Source: an uncultured virus (IMG/VR IMGVR_UViG_3300036766_001719) (Duplodnaviria; Heunggongvirae; Uroviricota; Caudoviricetes). Taken from it: DNA of 64,000 nt. Made by a program: the position numbers and the translations under genes. This document shows positions 63,275-64,000 of the stretch, piece after piece (positions within the stretch are counted from its first letter, which is position 1; each line of letters begins with the position of its first letter). The DNA lies in the IMG/VR virus record IMGVR_UViG_3300036766_001719; one strand, written 5' to 3'. A model generated the notes under the pieces. That model saw nothing but the letters and a program-made list of their open reading frames with translations, ran no database searches and was not told where the DNA came from.

Positions 63275-63841
63275 ATAATGTTCTTTTCTATGGCAATTCC
63301 CGCACAACAAAATACACTTCATGATCTCTTCTAAAATCACCTTAATAGAACACTTTTTATGACAAAGGTTTCCAATTACATCTCTTTTGTCTTTAATGTG
63401 GTGAAATTGCAAACATTCTGTATCTTTTAGAGCACAAACCGCACAACTACTCATAGACTTATAATCCCATACAAACGCTATGTTTCTATTTACTCTTGGG
63501 TTTAAGTTAACGTAATTATCATCTTTCTTGTGAAATTTTAAATGGCAATTTACACACAGCAAATCGCATTTATTTATTTCCTCTAGAACTATAGCGTGAC
63601 TAAATCTAGTAATGCCATCGGCTATCTCAAATAACTTTTCCTCTGGATTTCTGTGATGAAACTCCAAGCATATTACTTCTTTCTCTCCACATTTGATGCA
63701 ATAACCTTTACTTTTTAAATCGTTAATTAACGACTTAAAATTTTTTCTACTCCTACTTGCTCTCTCTCGAAAGCTTTCTTTGTTGTTTGAATAATAAGAG
63801 GCTCTCCATCTTACCTCTTCCGCTTTGTCTTTATAAGGCAT
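63248..63841 (-). CDS. tandem double-HNH endonuclease
   Basis: Two CxxC...L(E/Q)FHH...KC.LLC.NCH units. Confidence 0.85.
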   Translation of the reverse strand: MPYKDKAEEVRWRASYYSNNKESFRERASRSRKNFKSLINDLKSKGYCIKCGEKEVICLEFHHRNPEEKLFEIADGITRFSHAIVLEEINKCDLLCVNCHLKFHKKDDNYVNLNPRVNRNIAFVWDYKSMSSCAVCALKDTECLQFHHIKDKRDVIGNLCHKKCSIKVILEEIMKCILLCGNCHRKEHYGRVAETSF

Positions 63842-63870
63842 AACTTAAAGTAGTTATACCTTATTGATTT

Positions 63871-63938
63871 AACCGTCCAAGTTAAAAAAGCTGTTATAAA
63901 CACCACTTGTTTGTAAGCTTTTTAGGTGCGGGACGGAT
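63871..63938 (-). ncRNA. structured RNA copy A (Y-RNA-like candidate)
   Basis: CCGTCC/GGACGG and AAAAAGCT/AGCTTTTT stems; compensatory changes versus copy B. Confidence 0.7.
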
Positions 63939-63941
63939 TAG

Positions 63942-64000
63942 TGGCAGCGATAGGATTTGAACCTATGATCTCAACGTTATGAGCGTTGCGAGATAACCAC
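63942..64000 (-). tRNA. tRNA with CAT anticodon (Met/Ile2), 5' part outside window
   Basis: CAACG CTCATAA CGTTG; ATAGG TTCAAAT CCTAT. Confidence 0.85.

Overview
AT-rich, densely coding segment (mostly minus strand, standard genetic code) of a very large phage genome. Planctomycete-type families (DUF2934, BON, CsrA, sigma-70, an 'IFGNPF' family) suggest a Planctomycetota host. It carries ClpX, PurC, FolD, PRPP synthetase, NadD, Map, two Pth2-like genes, a WGR-PARP and an ADP-ribosylglycohydrolase, glycan/sulfo/methyl-transferases, a tmRNA (tag ANNSDYALAA), seven tRNAs, about ten free-standing homing endonucleases and a GC-richer IS605-family tnpB element that splits a gene. The best candidate for an undescribed system is at 58.1-64.0 kb: two copies of a novel structured RNA and a tRNA-like RNA with a hairpin inserted in its D-loop precede a Ro/TROVE-vWA gene, an E2-like (GICL) gene, a JAB peptidase and a ThiF/E1 enzyme. 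A candidate di-Gly ubiquitin-like protein and a Cys-containing partner lie at 30.8-32.0 kb. Other signals: a T4-like capsid-targeting N-terminal motif on unrelated proteins, RBS/start-masking hairpins with embedded late-promoter-like motifs in front of most endonucleases, and a possible secreted selenoprotein. All calls come from reading the sequence by eye; no database search was run.
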